Shown: in pieces, positions 12,601-24,489 of the stretch
Numbering within the stretch: position 1 is the first letter of the stretch
Layout of the letters: each line of letters starts with the position of its first letter
Source: Antedon mediterranea
Taxonomy: Eukaryota; Animalia; Echinodermata
Direction: 5' to 3'
DNA: 64,000 nucleotides
Assembly (NCBI RefSeq): GCF_964355755.1
Contig: NC_092671.1
Location: 12,772,001 to 12,836,000 of the forward strand
Translations under genes and position numbers: made by a program
Notes under the pieces: model-generated
Databases searched by the model: none
What the model was told of the DNA's origin: nothing
Seen by the model: only the letters and a program-made list of their open reading frames with translations

Positions 12601-15600
12601 TATTTGTACCATTTTACACAGTTAGTTAGTATTTAAAAAATGAAAGTCCTTACCAACCTATACATTCTGTATTTCTGGGGTGCAAAATTTGAAATAACAT
12701 AATAATAAATCATATTAAACCATTAACTTACCTAATTTCATATGCTTTTAGACGAAGGCGAATGTCCATTTGAAGCAAGACACGTGGTGATAAAATCTGA
12801 AGATATTAAGAATTCGTACGACATTCAAGAGCAGGTCGGAAAGTAAGTATTACGCACCTTCTTTGGCAACACTTTCCTCCATTCATCACTGAGATCGAAT
12901 ATTCTATAGATATAAAATGTGTTATTGTTTAATGTGATTTATTTTAGGGGTCGATTTGGTATTGTTCATAAATGCATGGAGAAAGCAACCGGCAAGATGT
13001 GGGCTGCAAAATTTATAAAGACCAAAGCATCAGAGAAAGAATCGGTAAAAGCTGAAATCGAAATAATGAACCAATTACAACATCCAAAGCTTATTCAATG
13101 TGTTGACGCATTCGAAACGACACGTGAAATAATTATGGTTTTAGAATTGTAAGTTGTTATCATTTTATATATAAGATGGATTCGATGATAATGATAATAG
13201 CGATCAAAATAAACTTATTTACGTAAATTAATTATGGTTTTACAAGATGCTTGTTTGAGGTCATAAGGTAGGATAAATTCCATAATAAAGATGTCGATTA
13301 TAATGTGGGTGAAATAATGTTGTGGCAGCGAAATGTGTCTGTGGAATGGTTATAAAGGTATAATATTTCATTTACTTCCTTATCTAAAACACACAGGTTA
13401 TGTTATGACAAACAAGCAATAGTAAAAACGCCCTCTGCTACACTTTTAACAGACTTAACATGTTATGCTATTGGCATGTTTTATATAGCATAATTATATC
13501 AGCGTCACGTTACCAATTACATCATTATAGTACCTTCAGGCATATTACAACATATGCATTTCATCAACATTATAATATAGGCCCAATTATAACATTCATA
13601 CATCTTGTTTTACAGTGTACGTGGCGGAGAATTATTCGAACGGGTAATCGATGACGACTTCGTTCTAACTGAAAAAGATGTAATAATGTTTATGCGTCAA
13701 ATATGCTCTGGAGTGAAACACATGCATTCTCAAAATATTCTACATCTGGATCTAAAACCAGAAAACATACTGTGTACAGACACCACTGGAAATTCCATCA
13801 AACTTATTGACTTCGGGTTGGCGCGAAAATTCGACCCGAAACAGTCTGTAAAAGTCATGTTCGGAACCCCTGAATTTGTGGCCCCGGAAGTTGTTAATTA
13901 TGAGAAAATTGGTTATAAAACAGATATGTGGAGTGTTGGCGTTATCTGTTACATTCTGTAAGTGTCAAATCCACGTTGGCATTCTTGGTCTAAACAAAAT
14001 TAATATTGGCATGTATAAAAATTAAATAAAAACAAAATACTACACGTAATAAACATACTCTGTTTTGTTGTACAGTATTTAATATAGCTCAGTGCTTACT
14101 GGCTTTAAATTGATTGATATTTATTTATTTGTTTAGCTTAAGTGGGCTTTCTCCATTTATGGGAGACAATGATGCAGAGACACTGAGTGCAGTTACCATG
14201 GCAGAATGGGATTTCGAAGACGAATCATTCGATGAAATATCAGACGAAGCCAAAGATTTCATCGAAAAGCTCTTGTTGAAAAGCAAAGAGTAAGTTGAAA
14301 GATTGACCGATATAAACTAACTTACTGACGAATTTGTTGAATATCACACGTGCAGATGATACATATTGACCACTTCACAGAAAATATCTTAATCTTAACT
14401 ATCCACTATAACAAACTCTAACATAGATTGGTCTAAACGGTAGAATTTGGAATTGATTCCTATTTATCTGTTTATGTTTGTATATAGAAATGTTCAATTC
14501 AAAACTATACTACTGAATTTTACTATTACAAAATAAAATAAATATATTTGAATTACTTTTTGTCTGTGAACAGTACACGAATGTCTGCAAGTGATGGTCT
14601 TGAACATATGTGGCTTACCAAAGACACTAAGACTATGAAGACCACAAAGATTTCCACTGATAAACTGAAAAAGTTCGTCGCTAGAAGGCGATGGCAGGTG
14701 AGCATAGAATACTCTGTCTAACAATCGTTATTCATTATACAGATACTTAAATAGACAATGTCTATGTATGTAGTGCCTATTATTAGATTTAAACCCACTG
14801 TGTTCTCAACCGTTACATTATGGGCCATCATATTATGGTGGTAGGTCTACATTAAATAATTATGTTTTATTTTTTCTTTTTAGAAAACGGCAAACGCGGT
14901 TAGAGCTATTTCACGTATGGCTTCACTTTCCATGTTCAGTGTTCGCAACCGTTCCTTGAGTCAAGATGATGGTACGAGCGGTGGATTGACACCATTCTCA
15001 AGCATCCTAAAAGCAAAACGTGAAGAAGCAAAAAATGTAAACAACATAACCAAAACTAAGGAACCAGAAGTCGATATCAACTTGAATGAGACCGGTACGA
15101 CTAAATTATCAAATAGACGAAATAGGAAATTTACAGAAGAAAAACGTTCATCTATTGATAGCGACGAAAGTCCAATCAAAAAACGATCTTCCTCTGATGG
15201 GTCCGTAAAGAAGTTATCTACCGACTCTTTTTCAAGGTTTGGAAGTAAATCATCACTACCTTCACCAAATATCGAAATGAAAACTGAGTCAAGTAGTAGA
15301 GCATCGGGGGAGCAGAAAATATGGCCACCTTCAGGACAAAGAGCTACGAGAGACGCCGTCATCAACAAGGAAGCTAAGCCTAAGTTTTTGAAGAAAATAC
15401 GCAGTACAACTGTCTTAGAAGGCCAGAAAGCACAATTTAATTGTATTGTGATTGGTGATCCTCTCCCGGATGTAACATGGTACCAAGACGGACTAGAACT
15501 ACCAGAAAATGGGCGATTTACAGTTGAGAAAGCCAGTGATGGCACGTGTTCTTTACGCATAACGAATGTAGTGGAAGACGATGACGCAGAGTACACCGCG

Positions 15601-15663
15601 AAAGCTATCAACGTAAATGGTGACGTCACGTGCACAGCTGAGCTCGTAGTTGACATTAAATAA
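605..15663 (+). CDS. MYLK: Myosin light chain kinase, smooth/non-muscle (long) type; spliced gene of 19 coding exons, about 2368 aa: Ig x5 - DFRxxL x3 - Ig x3 - Fn3 - kinase - CaM-binding - Ig (telokin-like)
   Basis: Exon chain 605-621 (tentative), 925-2522, 3871-3928, 4560-5641, 5864-6178, 7320-7547, 8199-8396, 9055-9397, 9920-10281, 10635-10751, 11010-11498, 11740-12018, 12195-12524, 12752-12842, 12948-13148, 13616-13957, 14137-14289, 14574-14697, 14884-15663. All phases are compatible and the total of 7107 nt is divisible by 3. Kinase motifs GKGRFG, AAK, HLDLKPEN, DFGLAR, FGTPEFVAPE, DMWSVG. CaM segment KKFVARRRWQKTANAVRAISRM matches smooth-muscle MLCK. Confidence 0.93.
925..2522 (+). CDS. 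MYLK: MYLK-like exon: basic disordered region plus Ig I-set 1
   Basis: Part of ORF 797..2530; acceptor ttatcag, donor G|gtgagt; Ig motifs FHC...W...LEII...DAGTYIC. Confidence 0.85.
3871..3928 (+). CDS. MYLK: MYLK-like 58-nt small exon (DNQKRFQNGLTPTSSPVPNL)
   Basis: tttttttag|...|gtaagt; converts phase 1 to phase 2 as needed between 2522 and 4560. Not in the ORF track. Confidence 0.8.
4560..5641 (+). CDS. MYLK: MYLK-like exon: S/T/P-rich region with SPK(R/Q)T repeats plus Ig 2
   Basis: ORF 4546..5652; PPQFTSRPKS...FTC...W...DAGRYSC. Confidence 0.88.
5864..6178 (+). CDS. MYLK: MYLK-like exon: Ig 3
   Basis: ttttcag acceptor; PPTFLRKLSD...FEC...W...EDGGNYTC; phase 1-1. Confidence 0.9.
6977..7128 (+). 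mobile_element. MITE family A copy 1 (PIF/Harbinger-like, about 150 bp, carries a CArG box)
   Basis: Terminal inverted repeats close to AGCTCTGTCTACACTATCAAACT; internal (GATATGCCCAAATATGGTAGT)n; homologous to five other copies in the window. Confidence 0.8.
7320..7547 (+). CDS. MYLK: MYLK-like exon: linker plus N-half of Ig 4
   Basis: APEFLKKLTDVTVDDGSSLTLKVEVKG|gtaaag; tandem TAGAAG acceptor. Confidence 0.85.
8199..8396 (+). CDS. MYLK: MYLK-like exon: C-half of Ig 4
   Basis: Translated by eye: GSPAPTALWFFKDEEI...LVIAEVYPEDAGMYTC; cattttag and G|gtatgt. Confidence 0.9.
9055..9397 (+). CDS. MYLK: MYLK-like exon: Ig 5 plus first DFRxxL motif
   Basis: ORF 9036..9410; ends ...HTDFRSLLKS AG|gtatct. 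Confidence 0.9.
9920..10281 (+). CDS. MYLK: MYLK-like exon: DFRxxL motifs 2-3 plus N-half of Ig 6
   Basis: QLDFRHVL, QLDFRHLL; PKFTNELSD...C...W. Confidence 0.9.
10635..10751 (+). CDS. MYLK: MYLK-like exon: C-half of Ig 6
   Basis: DNVAQLSISETFAEDEGEYVCLATNSAG...; ttag acceptor and G|gtgaga donor. Confidence 0.9.
11010..11498 (+). CDS. MYLK: MYLK-like exon: linker plus Ig 7
   Basis: ORF 10928..11518; PPEFLEEL...LEC...WYKDG...DLGKYAC. Confidence 0.9.
11740..12018 (+). CDS. MYLK: MYLK-like exon: Ig 8
   Basis: Translated by eye: APPKIEKYPRNLITCAGKDICITCKISGTPEPDLEWY...DDSGIYKL; cctacag and G|gtaagt. Confidence 0.9.
12195..12524 (+). CDS. MYLK: MYLK-like exon: fibronectin type III domain (ends at a GC donor)
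   Basis: DKPDPPSGKP...LTLSW...YDGGSIITGYVVE...FRIRSENAYGVSDP; donor AG|gcaagt. Confidence 0.9.
12752..12842 (+). CDS. MYLK: MYLK-like exon: kinase N-terminal extension and start of G-loop
   Basis: DEGECPFEARHVVIKSEDIKNSYDIQEQVG AA|gtaagt. Confidence 0.88.
12948..13148 (+). CDS. MYLK: MYLK-like exon: kinase subdomains I-V
   Basis: GRFGIVHKC...WAAKFIK...EIEIMNQLQHPKL. Confidence 0.93.
13616..13957 (+). CDS. MYLK: MYLK-like exon: kinase catalytic and activation loops
   Basis: GGELFERVIDDDF...HLDLKPENIL...DFGLARKF...FGTPEFVAPEVVNY...DMWSVGVICYI. Confidence 0.95.
14137..14289 (+). CDS. MYLK: MYLK-like exon: kinase subdomains X-XI
   Basis: LSGLSPFMGDNDAETLSAVTMAEWDFEDESFDEISDEAKDFIEKLL. Not in the ORF track. 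Confidence 0.93.
14574..14697 (+). CDS. MYLK: MYLK-like exon: kinase end plus autoinhibitory segment and first half of CaM-binding site
   Basis: TRMSASDGLEHMWL...KLKKFVARRRWQ|gtgagc. Confidence 0.92.
14884..15663 (+). CDS. MYLK: MYLK-like terminal exon: rest of CaM-binding site, linker and telokin-like Ig 9, stop
   Basis: KTANAVRAISRMAS...KPKFLKKIRS...FNC...WYQDG...DDDAEYTAKAIN; stop TAA at 15661-15663. Confidence 0.92.
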   Translation, partial: KTANAVRAISRMASLSMFSVRNRSLSQDDGTSGGLTPFSSILKAKREEAKNVNNITKTKEPEVDINLNETGTTKLSNRRNRKFTEEKRSSIDSDESPIKKRSSSDGSVKKLSTDSFSRFGSKSSLPSPNIEMKTESSSRASGEQKIWPPSGQRATRDAVINKEAKPKFLKKIRSTTVLEGQKAQFNCIVIGDPLPDVTWYQDGLELPENGRFTVEKASDGTCSLRITNVVEDDDAEYTAKAINVNGDVTCTAELVVDIK

Positions 15664-15696
15664 AACCACAATTTAAATGCCTTGCCAAGTGATTAT

Positions 15697-15702
15697 AATA
15701 AA
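15697..15702 (+). terminator. Candidate polyadenylation signal AATAAA for the MYLK-like gene
   Basis: AATAAA 33 nt after the stop codon; weak evidence in an AT-rich background. Confidence 0.3.
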
Positions 15703-17170
15703 TGATTGTATAGCATGTGAGTGTATTGATAAATACAAAAAAATATTAAAAACGTGACTAGGTCAATGGCGGCGTTAGATATATAATAATATATTATTTT
15801 TATTATAGTTTATACAATAACAAACTTCCTTTATATTACATATAACATATCTCTTGCTATTTGATTAATACTATTAAATAGAAAAAAACGCCTAATGAAT
15901 TCGATGACGTCAGATGTTGACGTATAATTTTAATCAATGTGATAATCTTACTTTTAAATTAGGACCAAAATGTAACAATTATTCTAACTGTACTAGATAT
16001 AATTAATTATACTGTAAATAGATTTCTATATATTGTTGTAGTTTATTTTAAGATGGTTTGAATTGCCTTAGTTAAGTGTCTTGCTTAAGATCAGTTAAGC
16101 CTACTGGTTATTTTGATTGGCACTTGAAGTGTCAATTCACGGATGGGTAACAAACACGGCTGTGTTTGGTACGCTACCATTCTGTGGTACCACCCAGGCA
16201 TACACTAATATTCATATTGTACTTGAGTACTGCACAATGTAAACATATTATATTACCAGGTAGATATTTATTATCGATATCAAAGGAATAATTGCATATT
16301 TACAGTAAGTTTATATCTTGATTTTAATTAGCATAATTAATGTAATAGTCCTCAATCGTTCCAACGAACTATACTATCCTGGATATACAGTATTTTAAAG
16401 GAAATTAATTTAGAGTTTATTTCTTGATTTTGTATGAGATATTTTATATTATAATTCTTTTATGTAGCTGATTTAGCTTTACAATTTTTTGCTAAAGATT
16501 GATTACGTATTAAAGTTCATTAGATTAATATTTTGTAAGATAACACATAGATTTACGTATTAAAAATGCAGCCAAAGAAAGTGTTAATGTTGTTACACGA
16601 ATTATAAACCCAGCGACAAAAGAAAGATTAAGAAATGGGGTACTACGGTAAAATACCTCATTTGTAAAACTCCTCACACTTTGGAAATATATGTCTTAAC
16701 ATTACGGTCAACCCTATTCAATTTAGGTACCGAAGGTTCTATCCTTGCTGTTTCCAATAGTACATATCCAGACATTTTTCCTTTTCCCCACTCTACATAA
16801 CCTTCCCAAAGTGCAGCAGCTAAAAACTAATAAACTGCCTGGATAAATCCTATGCAATAAGTGCTACACATGTAACATCGTCTTTAGGGAAGGGTTTTTA
16901 AAGTTTGAATGACAGTATTGCACGCCTAGATATAAATACACTAGTACATTAAAATAGATCAACTCGTATTAATGGTTCCGAGATCTTCCTGACACGGGAG
17001 CCCGTCGATCAAGGGCTCTACTGTGATGACAAATTAATGGAATAAGTTTACATTTTGTTATTTCGTTTTCCATTCATTGGGGGTAACATTATAGTGACAC
17101 TTCTTCACTTGGGACATTATGGGAGCACGACACTATGTTAGGCCTATATTTTTATTTATTTAACATATTA

Positions 17171-17245
17171 AGCTTGATTCCCTCCCACTAGCGACGCAAC
17201 GTTGCGCGTACGTCCTTGCGTTGCGTCTCTAGTGGGAATCACGAT
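17171..17245. mobile_element. Short hairpin MITE (Harbinger-like, TTA/TAA flanks)
   Basis: cccactagcgacgcaacg...cgttgcgtctctagtggg inverted arms; starts AGCT; flanked by tta and taa. Confidence 0.6.
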
Positions 17246-19559
17246 TAATATGTAAAAATACGTACACAAATCAGAACAATCATTGCATTCGTCCTTTCTA
17301 TCCTCAAAGCAAATGAAATTAACGTATATGAAAGCATTATTAATAGCGTTCAAAACTTCTTCTTTACAGACAATAATTTTCAGTAACACACTTAATTTCC
17401 TTAAGTTTGGGTACACCTCCCATCCATTATCTCGTGACCCATTCAGCCTCATTTTCATTCACTTAAGACTTCACCTTCCACTTCCTTTTCCTCTGTGTCA
17501 AGTATTGCGGTCACTTTCGTTGACCATGTACACTAGTTATTATACTCACTGGCCTAGTCTGATAATAATGGGACTACAGTACTAGAAAGTAGTTCTGAGC
17601 ATAACCGTGAGGTTCTATTCCCCGATTGAACGATAGTTTCATGTGCGTGTGTGTTTACTCATGACACTAAACGCGTAACGCGTTTTGATAAGTCTGTTTA
17701 AAGAGAATCGTCGTGAAAATAGCGATAGTTATGTATCTAAACCGTCATCAGGAAATTAAATTAGCTTAGTCACATGAACTTCTTGTCACTTTTATCAAAC
17801 TTGCAAATCCACACACAAGTTTAGAGACGGACAACTGAAAGCGGGATCTCTACGCGCAGAACGTAATCTACCTAGACTTGCAATTTTGGTGGACGTTGCA
17901 CTTGTTACAGAAGAACAACTTTACATGCCAAGTTAACTTTGAATCAAAGAGGGTTGTACCGGTTCGTGTATACTGTGAAAAGTGGTATGTTACCTTACCG
18001 TCAATTGCATTATATTTAGTCTAATGAGCAGGTGAAATTTGTTTTAAATATTTCTCCATATCCTTTCTTGCATGAAATTACAAGATAGCTCTATGTATTT
18101 AAAACAATAATGCAAATATGGCAATTTCACAAGCTGTATACCGTAGGCCTTTAGACGTGTTTTAAAGGGTTATATTGATAAATGTAATAAAGGAAACAGT
18201 TGAATTAAAACACTATTAGCAGGGTAATTGGTGATCTACTGAAAGCGGCATAGATAAACCACCAACTGGTAGCATATAACAATAGTACGGTAGTACTGCT
18301 AATCCTCCATATAATACTACTACTAGCATTTTTTTTTTTTTGGTCAATCAAGTGTAGATAGTGTTATACCTCCTGCACTGCATAAATGCATACCTGGAGT
18401 CAAATTAATTTCAATAATAATAGGGGCTCAAACATCAAATAGTTTACATTATCTGGGCATGACATATAAGGCAAAACCGAGCACATACATTATTACGTAA
18501 TTTATATTTCGCATCAAACGCAGGAGCGCGTACCTGAAATAAGGTCAGCATCAACTGTTTTAATGCATCTATGCAATTTGCCTGTCCATTATACAACCTT
18601 ACTACAGCACTGTATTCTATTCAAGTTTTTCAAACACTCAACATTAAATTGTTTTTTTGTTTCAGTTTATAGTACTATAATTTAATTTCCTTTTCCAATC
18701 TTACCATAGGTTTATAATTTCTGTATGGCATATAGGCCTAGGCAGCTGATGTATTTGCGAATATGCTTTGTGCTAAAGAATGTGTGTATATAATATTATC
18801 ATCATATTATACAGTGTATATAAAAATAAATATTACGTGTTATGTTCAATTTAAATAACATTTATGTCATTTTCATAGGACATAGGTTAAGTAAAAAAAA
18901 AATGTATTTTACCAAATTCTTTCACAAATTAAATTAAAAAGATATATAGGATGTACTCTTTATGTGCATTCTGCATGGCCTTTTATATCATTATTATGTA
19001 TTAGGCCTTCATATCCTGTTTTCAGTAAATATTTCATATGTTTATTATGGAACTGTGATGCTAAGAATAATAAGTATAGGCCTACTGTAAACCATATACG
19101 ATTATGTTTTACTTGGGATACGTTTTATTTTTTTAAGTATAATATTATGATCAAAGGAAATAATAATCTAATAATAATCGTAATTAACAAAACTTGAAAC
19201 GGGAAGTGTGACAATATCGACAGATGACCTTGTCGATACGAACGAACCAAAAACTAAACTAAACTAAAACCCCGTGAACCAATTTCTATGACTTAACCCC
19301 TCACAAACGTTTTATCTCAGTACTAACGAAAAGTATTGATCAAAAACAAGTCAAGTTAAAACAGTGTATTTCATCCACGTTCCTAAACATTATAGTGTGC
19401 AAGTTGACTTCATGCATTGTTACAAGGATTAGAGTTTAGACCCATGGAGAGTGAAACTAGACCAAACAGTAAATGCCTATTCATATCCCAGCAAAAACAC
19501 ACAATTAGAAACAAATAAACTTTCAATAAAAAGCACCAACATAGACTAAGCAATTAAAT

Positions 19560-20260
19560 ATGTCAAATGCAACTTACATTAATACGATTTTGGAAATACT
19601 ATATAATAACATCAGTAACTCAGATTACAAATTAACACTTTTAACATTTTCTTGATACTTTGGAAAATGTTTACAAACTGTATTGGAACTATTAAATATA
19701 TATTTATTTTTAATAGAAAGATTACAGCAATTGCACTTAAAATTTTGAGACTGACAGAGATAGTGCAGTTATATATTTTTTTTTTCAGAAATACATCGAG
19801 ATTAAGGATGATCTACATAGTGAAAAATAAATACAAAATCGGGAAACAAAAGTTCAACGTTGAAATGAAATCGATTTGATTCTTTATAGGTCTAGATATG
19901 CACGCACATGATAGTATCAATATCTCTTTACTAAGCTAATTTTTGTCGTAAAATGACAAGACAGGCGCCGCGGAACTTTACAACGATTTTATAGAATTTT
20001 AGAAAATCATTGGAATTTCGTTTTACTATTCAACATTTTAGGTTTTTACTTTTTTTGTGGTAAAGGCACGATTTTAACACCTCATAAGCTCAGCTCATTC
20101 GGCCGAGTTGCGTTTTATTTGTTGTGTGCAAAAACTAAAGTATCGAATCATGACGAATTGCACATGCACATTTTAATTTGTTTACAGGCATAGAAATACC
20201 ATCAACAACTTTACTGAAACACCATTTCCGCAAAGTAGATCAACATTAACTTGCATTATC
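19560..20260. mobile_element. Possible decayed DNA-transposon relic
   Basis: Imperfect inverted ends: aatgcaacttacattaatacgattttggaaat versus atttccgcaaaagtagatcaacattaacttgcatt. Confidence 0.3.
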
Positions 20261-23200
20261 AAAATGAAGTTGCTAAATCATATAAACATGGCGATGACAT
20301 TAGGCTAATTAAATCTATATTAAATAATTTGTTCAACTTTCAAATATAGAAAGTGTAACTAAACACTATATTAATTTACCGTACCTGGGCATATTCCTAT
20401 TGAAAGAGAAAATTATAATCTGTTTAGTGGCTGTAGGCTAATTAGGTTTGGGGGTAACTGTAAATGTAGGCCTAATGATATTCGCTACACCTCCTAAAAA
20501 TAAAACTTCGACAAAAGTTGATACAATAGTCTAGTTAGGGACTATAATTATATCGAAGAACACGCGAGCCCATTAACTTTGTATTCGTCTATATTTAGTA
20601 TTTTTGACAAATTATGATTCACCTTCCTGAATATACTGAAGATAAGGCATTACCCAATCCAGGCTAGAAACCTAGACCTATTATGAACATTATATTAATG
20701 ACCCCTCACACAATCAATGTTTAACACGTTAACCGGACATGTTCGAATGATTTGCAAATTTGAATTTTAAATTTGGTTTAAATATCAAGTTTTAAACAAA
20801 TCGTGATATTTCGTAATTTAAATAATTCTACCCTACCTCAGAGAATTCAAATTTATATGTTAGTTTCGAAAAATATATAATTAAATTAGAACTGTTTAGG
20901 GTGTTTCGATTTTTCTGAAAGACCATTAACAAAAGCATCTTTAGCAGCATGTAAATCATTCTTGTTTTGCCAATTACCTCTCTCTTTGCCCTGTTTCTCA
21001 TTGTTATCAGTATAGAGTTTATGTCAGACAATTTAAATGAAGAGGCATACATGTGACATGAAACGCATGCTTTCTTACTAATACGATACAGCACTCGTAA
21101 TTATACGCCTATACTAACAGAAAGAACAGGAACCTTAACGTAATATAATTTAAAACTGCAAAATACTCCGGATGTTCTTGACAAAAATTAAATTATAAAA
21201 CGAATTTAATAGTGTGTTGTAAATAAATAATCGACAAACCTAATAGGGCATGAAATCTAATAAATTCGAATTGAACAAAGTCATAAACATTAAGAGAATT
21301 GAAAATAAATATCCATTAAACCATAGTAAGGCGTGGTGTGACGTCCGTCCACTTCTGGTTCTGATGACTTATCTCGTGGAGTAAAACACACTCGTGGACT
21401 TGACTTGTTATCTGTCGGTCAAGCAAATCACTTTCCAGTAGTCATGCATGGGTAGGGGTCAGTGTCATTTTATACCTGGGGCTAGACATGTGATTCAACT
21501 TCGAATCTACCGATTATATGCCATTCTAAAATCAAATTAATATAATGAAGATTTGTAGTTTTTTTTACACATACCATACGATTCGCTCTTTATTTCCTAA
21601 ACTAATGATTTATTAACAAACATGGCGATGTTATTTATATATCTATTTAGGTATAAAACAAATATTGCAAGTTGCCATAGCTGAAATGAGTTGCATTACA
21701 AAAAACATGCTAATGATATAAAAAAAAGAAGGAATTAATGATATGAATATTAAATATACATGCGGTCACCGTAGGATTTGATATATCGTATTTAGTAGTT
21801 ATCAAGGATTATATAATATTATATTAATATTTTCCCTGGTTATTTTATTTATGATCATGTATATTTATTAGTCAATATAACAACATAAATGCCTATACAA
21901 TAGGTATATAAATTAATTTCCCTCTGCTGGGAATATTAGCTTTATTTTTAAATTCACTGCCCCCTTTAAACCGGAAAGGTACAATATAACTATGACTAAA
22001 TACAGTATTACTCATTGTATTGAACGATAGTGTATGCATAAATCGATGTATCCCATTGTCATACAGTTATTATTACGGTCGCCAATGAGACTAGATAGAC
22101 AAAAGTCATTAATTTTGAAATTTAACGTCATGGTATCTGTGTATTGCGTTCTTATAATCGACATATTTTAGTTTGATTTCCAATAGGAAGGATGCGGTGT
22201 CTAAATTAGTTAATTATTTCATTAAATCATAATGCAGATAATTTGAAAATATCATATTTCTTATAAATCAGAACTTTTAGGTATTTTCATGTTGCATCTA
22301 ACTGGAATAGAGATCGTATTGAACATATAGTTTCATATTCAATTCTATTATTTTTCTTTTGAACTGTCAGTCTCATCGATGTGCTTTTGATTCGGTTTTA
22401 AGTTTTAGTAGTTATACATAATGTTATGATTATAATATATGCAGATATTATTGCCAATAAATCAGTTTCTATATACGCCTGGGAATTGTACTCAAGTTTT
22501 GGTTGTATTTTCATTTTTGTATTACGTTTGGACAAGAAATTAAACAGTTATAATGGACATTAAGATATCCGACTAACATCGAACACGTCTTTTAATATAA
22601 AGCAGACGACCGACCAACAGATAACGATATTCGTTTCATTTATGTTTTGACATATTTTATTAGATGCCGGTAAAATTTTGTTGAGTTATACCAAACGTTT
22701 ATAGTAGCCTACCGTATAGGACAAGTGACATAATTAATAACATAATTACAGCACATTATCCGGCCCATTAGCCAGGAACACAAAGCTAGATAAATTGAAG
22801 AAAAATAAAACAAAGGGACCGGAATAAGGACAACAGCTGCCGCAGGCATTCAATGATTTTGGTGGAGCAGAACAGATAGGCCTAGGTATTTCCCAACAAT
22901 TAGGTAAAGTGTCTCTATTGTGGAAACGTGAAGGATGATACTGTATTTGTAACACGTTAATAACAGATCGACCACTACGGAGGAAACACGACCAATCTCA
23001 ATTTGTTCATCAACTGTGTTTACATTTTTGGATAAATATCGACCGAGAAAAACGTATGTAGTTTTTATTATCGGGAGTAAATATTAATCTGTATTAATAT
23101 AATATTTCTAATTAGTTGTATTGTAATATGTATTATACCGGCCATTACTAGGGATGGATATTTCAATTTATATCAACATTACCGTGTTGTAAAATTATAA

Positions 23201-24489
23201 GGTTACATCTTAAGACCTCGATAACATTTGATAACATCTACAAGATTAAAATATCATTTATATTAAGCAAACCGTGTCTTACAAATTATACAAAAGCAGA
23301 TCATTTTAGCCACTGTTGCCATGACAATAATAGGGAATTGGTAGGCCATTGTACGCATGCGATGAATGCAAGTGGATGAATGATTCACAAAAGGCATAGT
23401 GTTCTCGTAAACATTAGTGTATTAGAGCGTCTCTGCTTTAAAACGATGAGTTTATAGGGTTACTATTGAACATACTGATGTTTGGATAAGCAAGAAATAC
23501 AATAAGAACGAACTACTGTAAACATTATACACGTATGAAGTCGGTCAACAGTACATCAGAAGCTATTGTTAGGAAGATCGATGATGTCAGTCTTATTATG
23601 ATGGGCCGTGCATCGCGTCAGTCACTATTCAAACGAGCCGTGTGCTATTTACACGCAGTGTAGGTTATACAGCCTATACACAGAACCTATTCCTACTGTT
23701 GCTGCTCTCATGAAGGATCTTTATACTGCCATGGTGACTACTAATAACTACTAATTAATAAGCCAAGATGTAGGAAATTAACTGGACGGAATGTAAAGGA
23801 AGACAGCGTCTAATATGATACTCTCCTCTGGATGTTTACGTACGATATAGTTCTTCTGAAAAATAGCGATTAAATATTTTCTCTACTGTTGAGCTGTTCA
23901 TTTTTAAAGTTGCAAATGGTTCATTCAATACAGTCGCCCAAGAACACTGGTGAGTACGATTGGGTACATCAGAAGACGTACTAACCAGGCCTGTTGCTAT
24001 TTCACTAAAGTCGTATGATTTCACTAAGCAGGCAATACGCGTATGCTGGGGCGACTTTGGCTTATAATTATTATTATATTAACCGAATAGAAACTTGTTA
24101 GGCCTACTAATTACACTGCTGATGGATAATACACACATTCATATTATAATGCTATGTTAAGGACTACAACTACCACTAGCAGTTTCTAAAGGCTAAGGAA
24201 GTGGATTGACTTTAGCAAAATCAATACTGAATTGTCAAAGGTAAAACGAAGGCTATTCTAGTTATCACGACACTGGTCTCTTAATCGCAATCGAAATGGA
24301 AGAAAGCACGATTGATTAGTCATTAATTGTTTTAAATCGATTTTGTATATTACCTTAACGAAGTTATACATAAAAAGTACCGAACTGTAGTGGGAAAGCG
24401 TTGAAATGTTTTTCAATTACAGTTGTGTGATGTTATACTTTATTGTAAATTGCATCCATGGCTATTGGTATGTTTTCTAACAATTCACG

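Noticed and set aside
877-15671. Minus-strand ORFs overlapping MYLK exons (877..1476, 4797..5093, 5127..5453, 11140..11454, 14961..15671 and others)
   Set aside because: Antisense shadows of real plus-strand coding exons; no recognisable domains.
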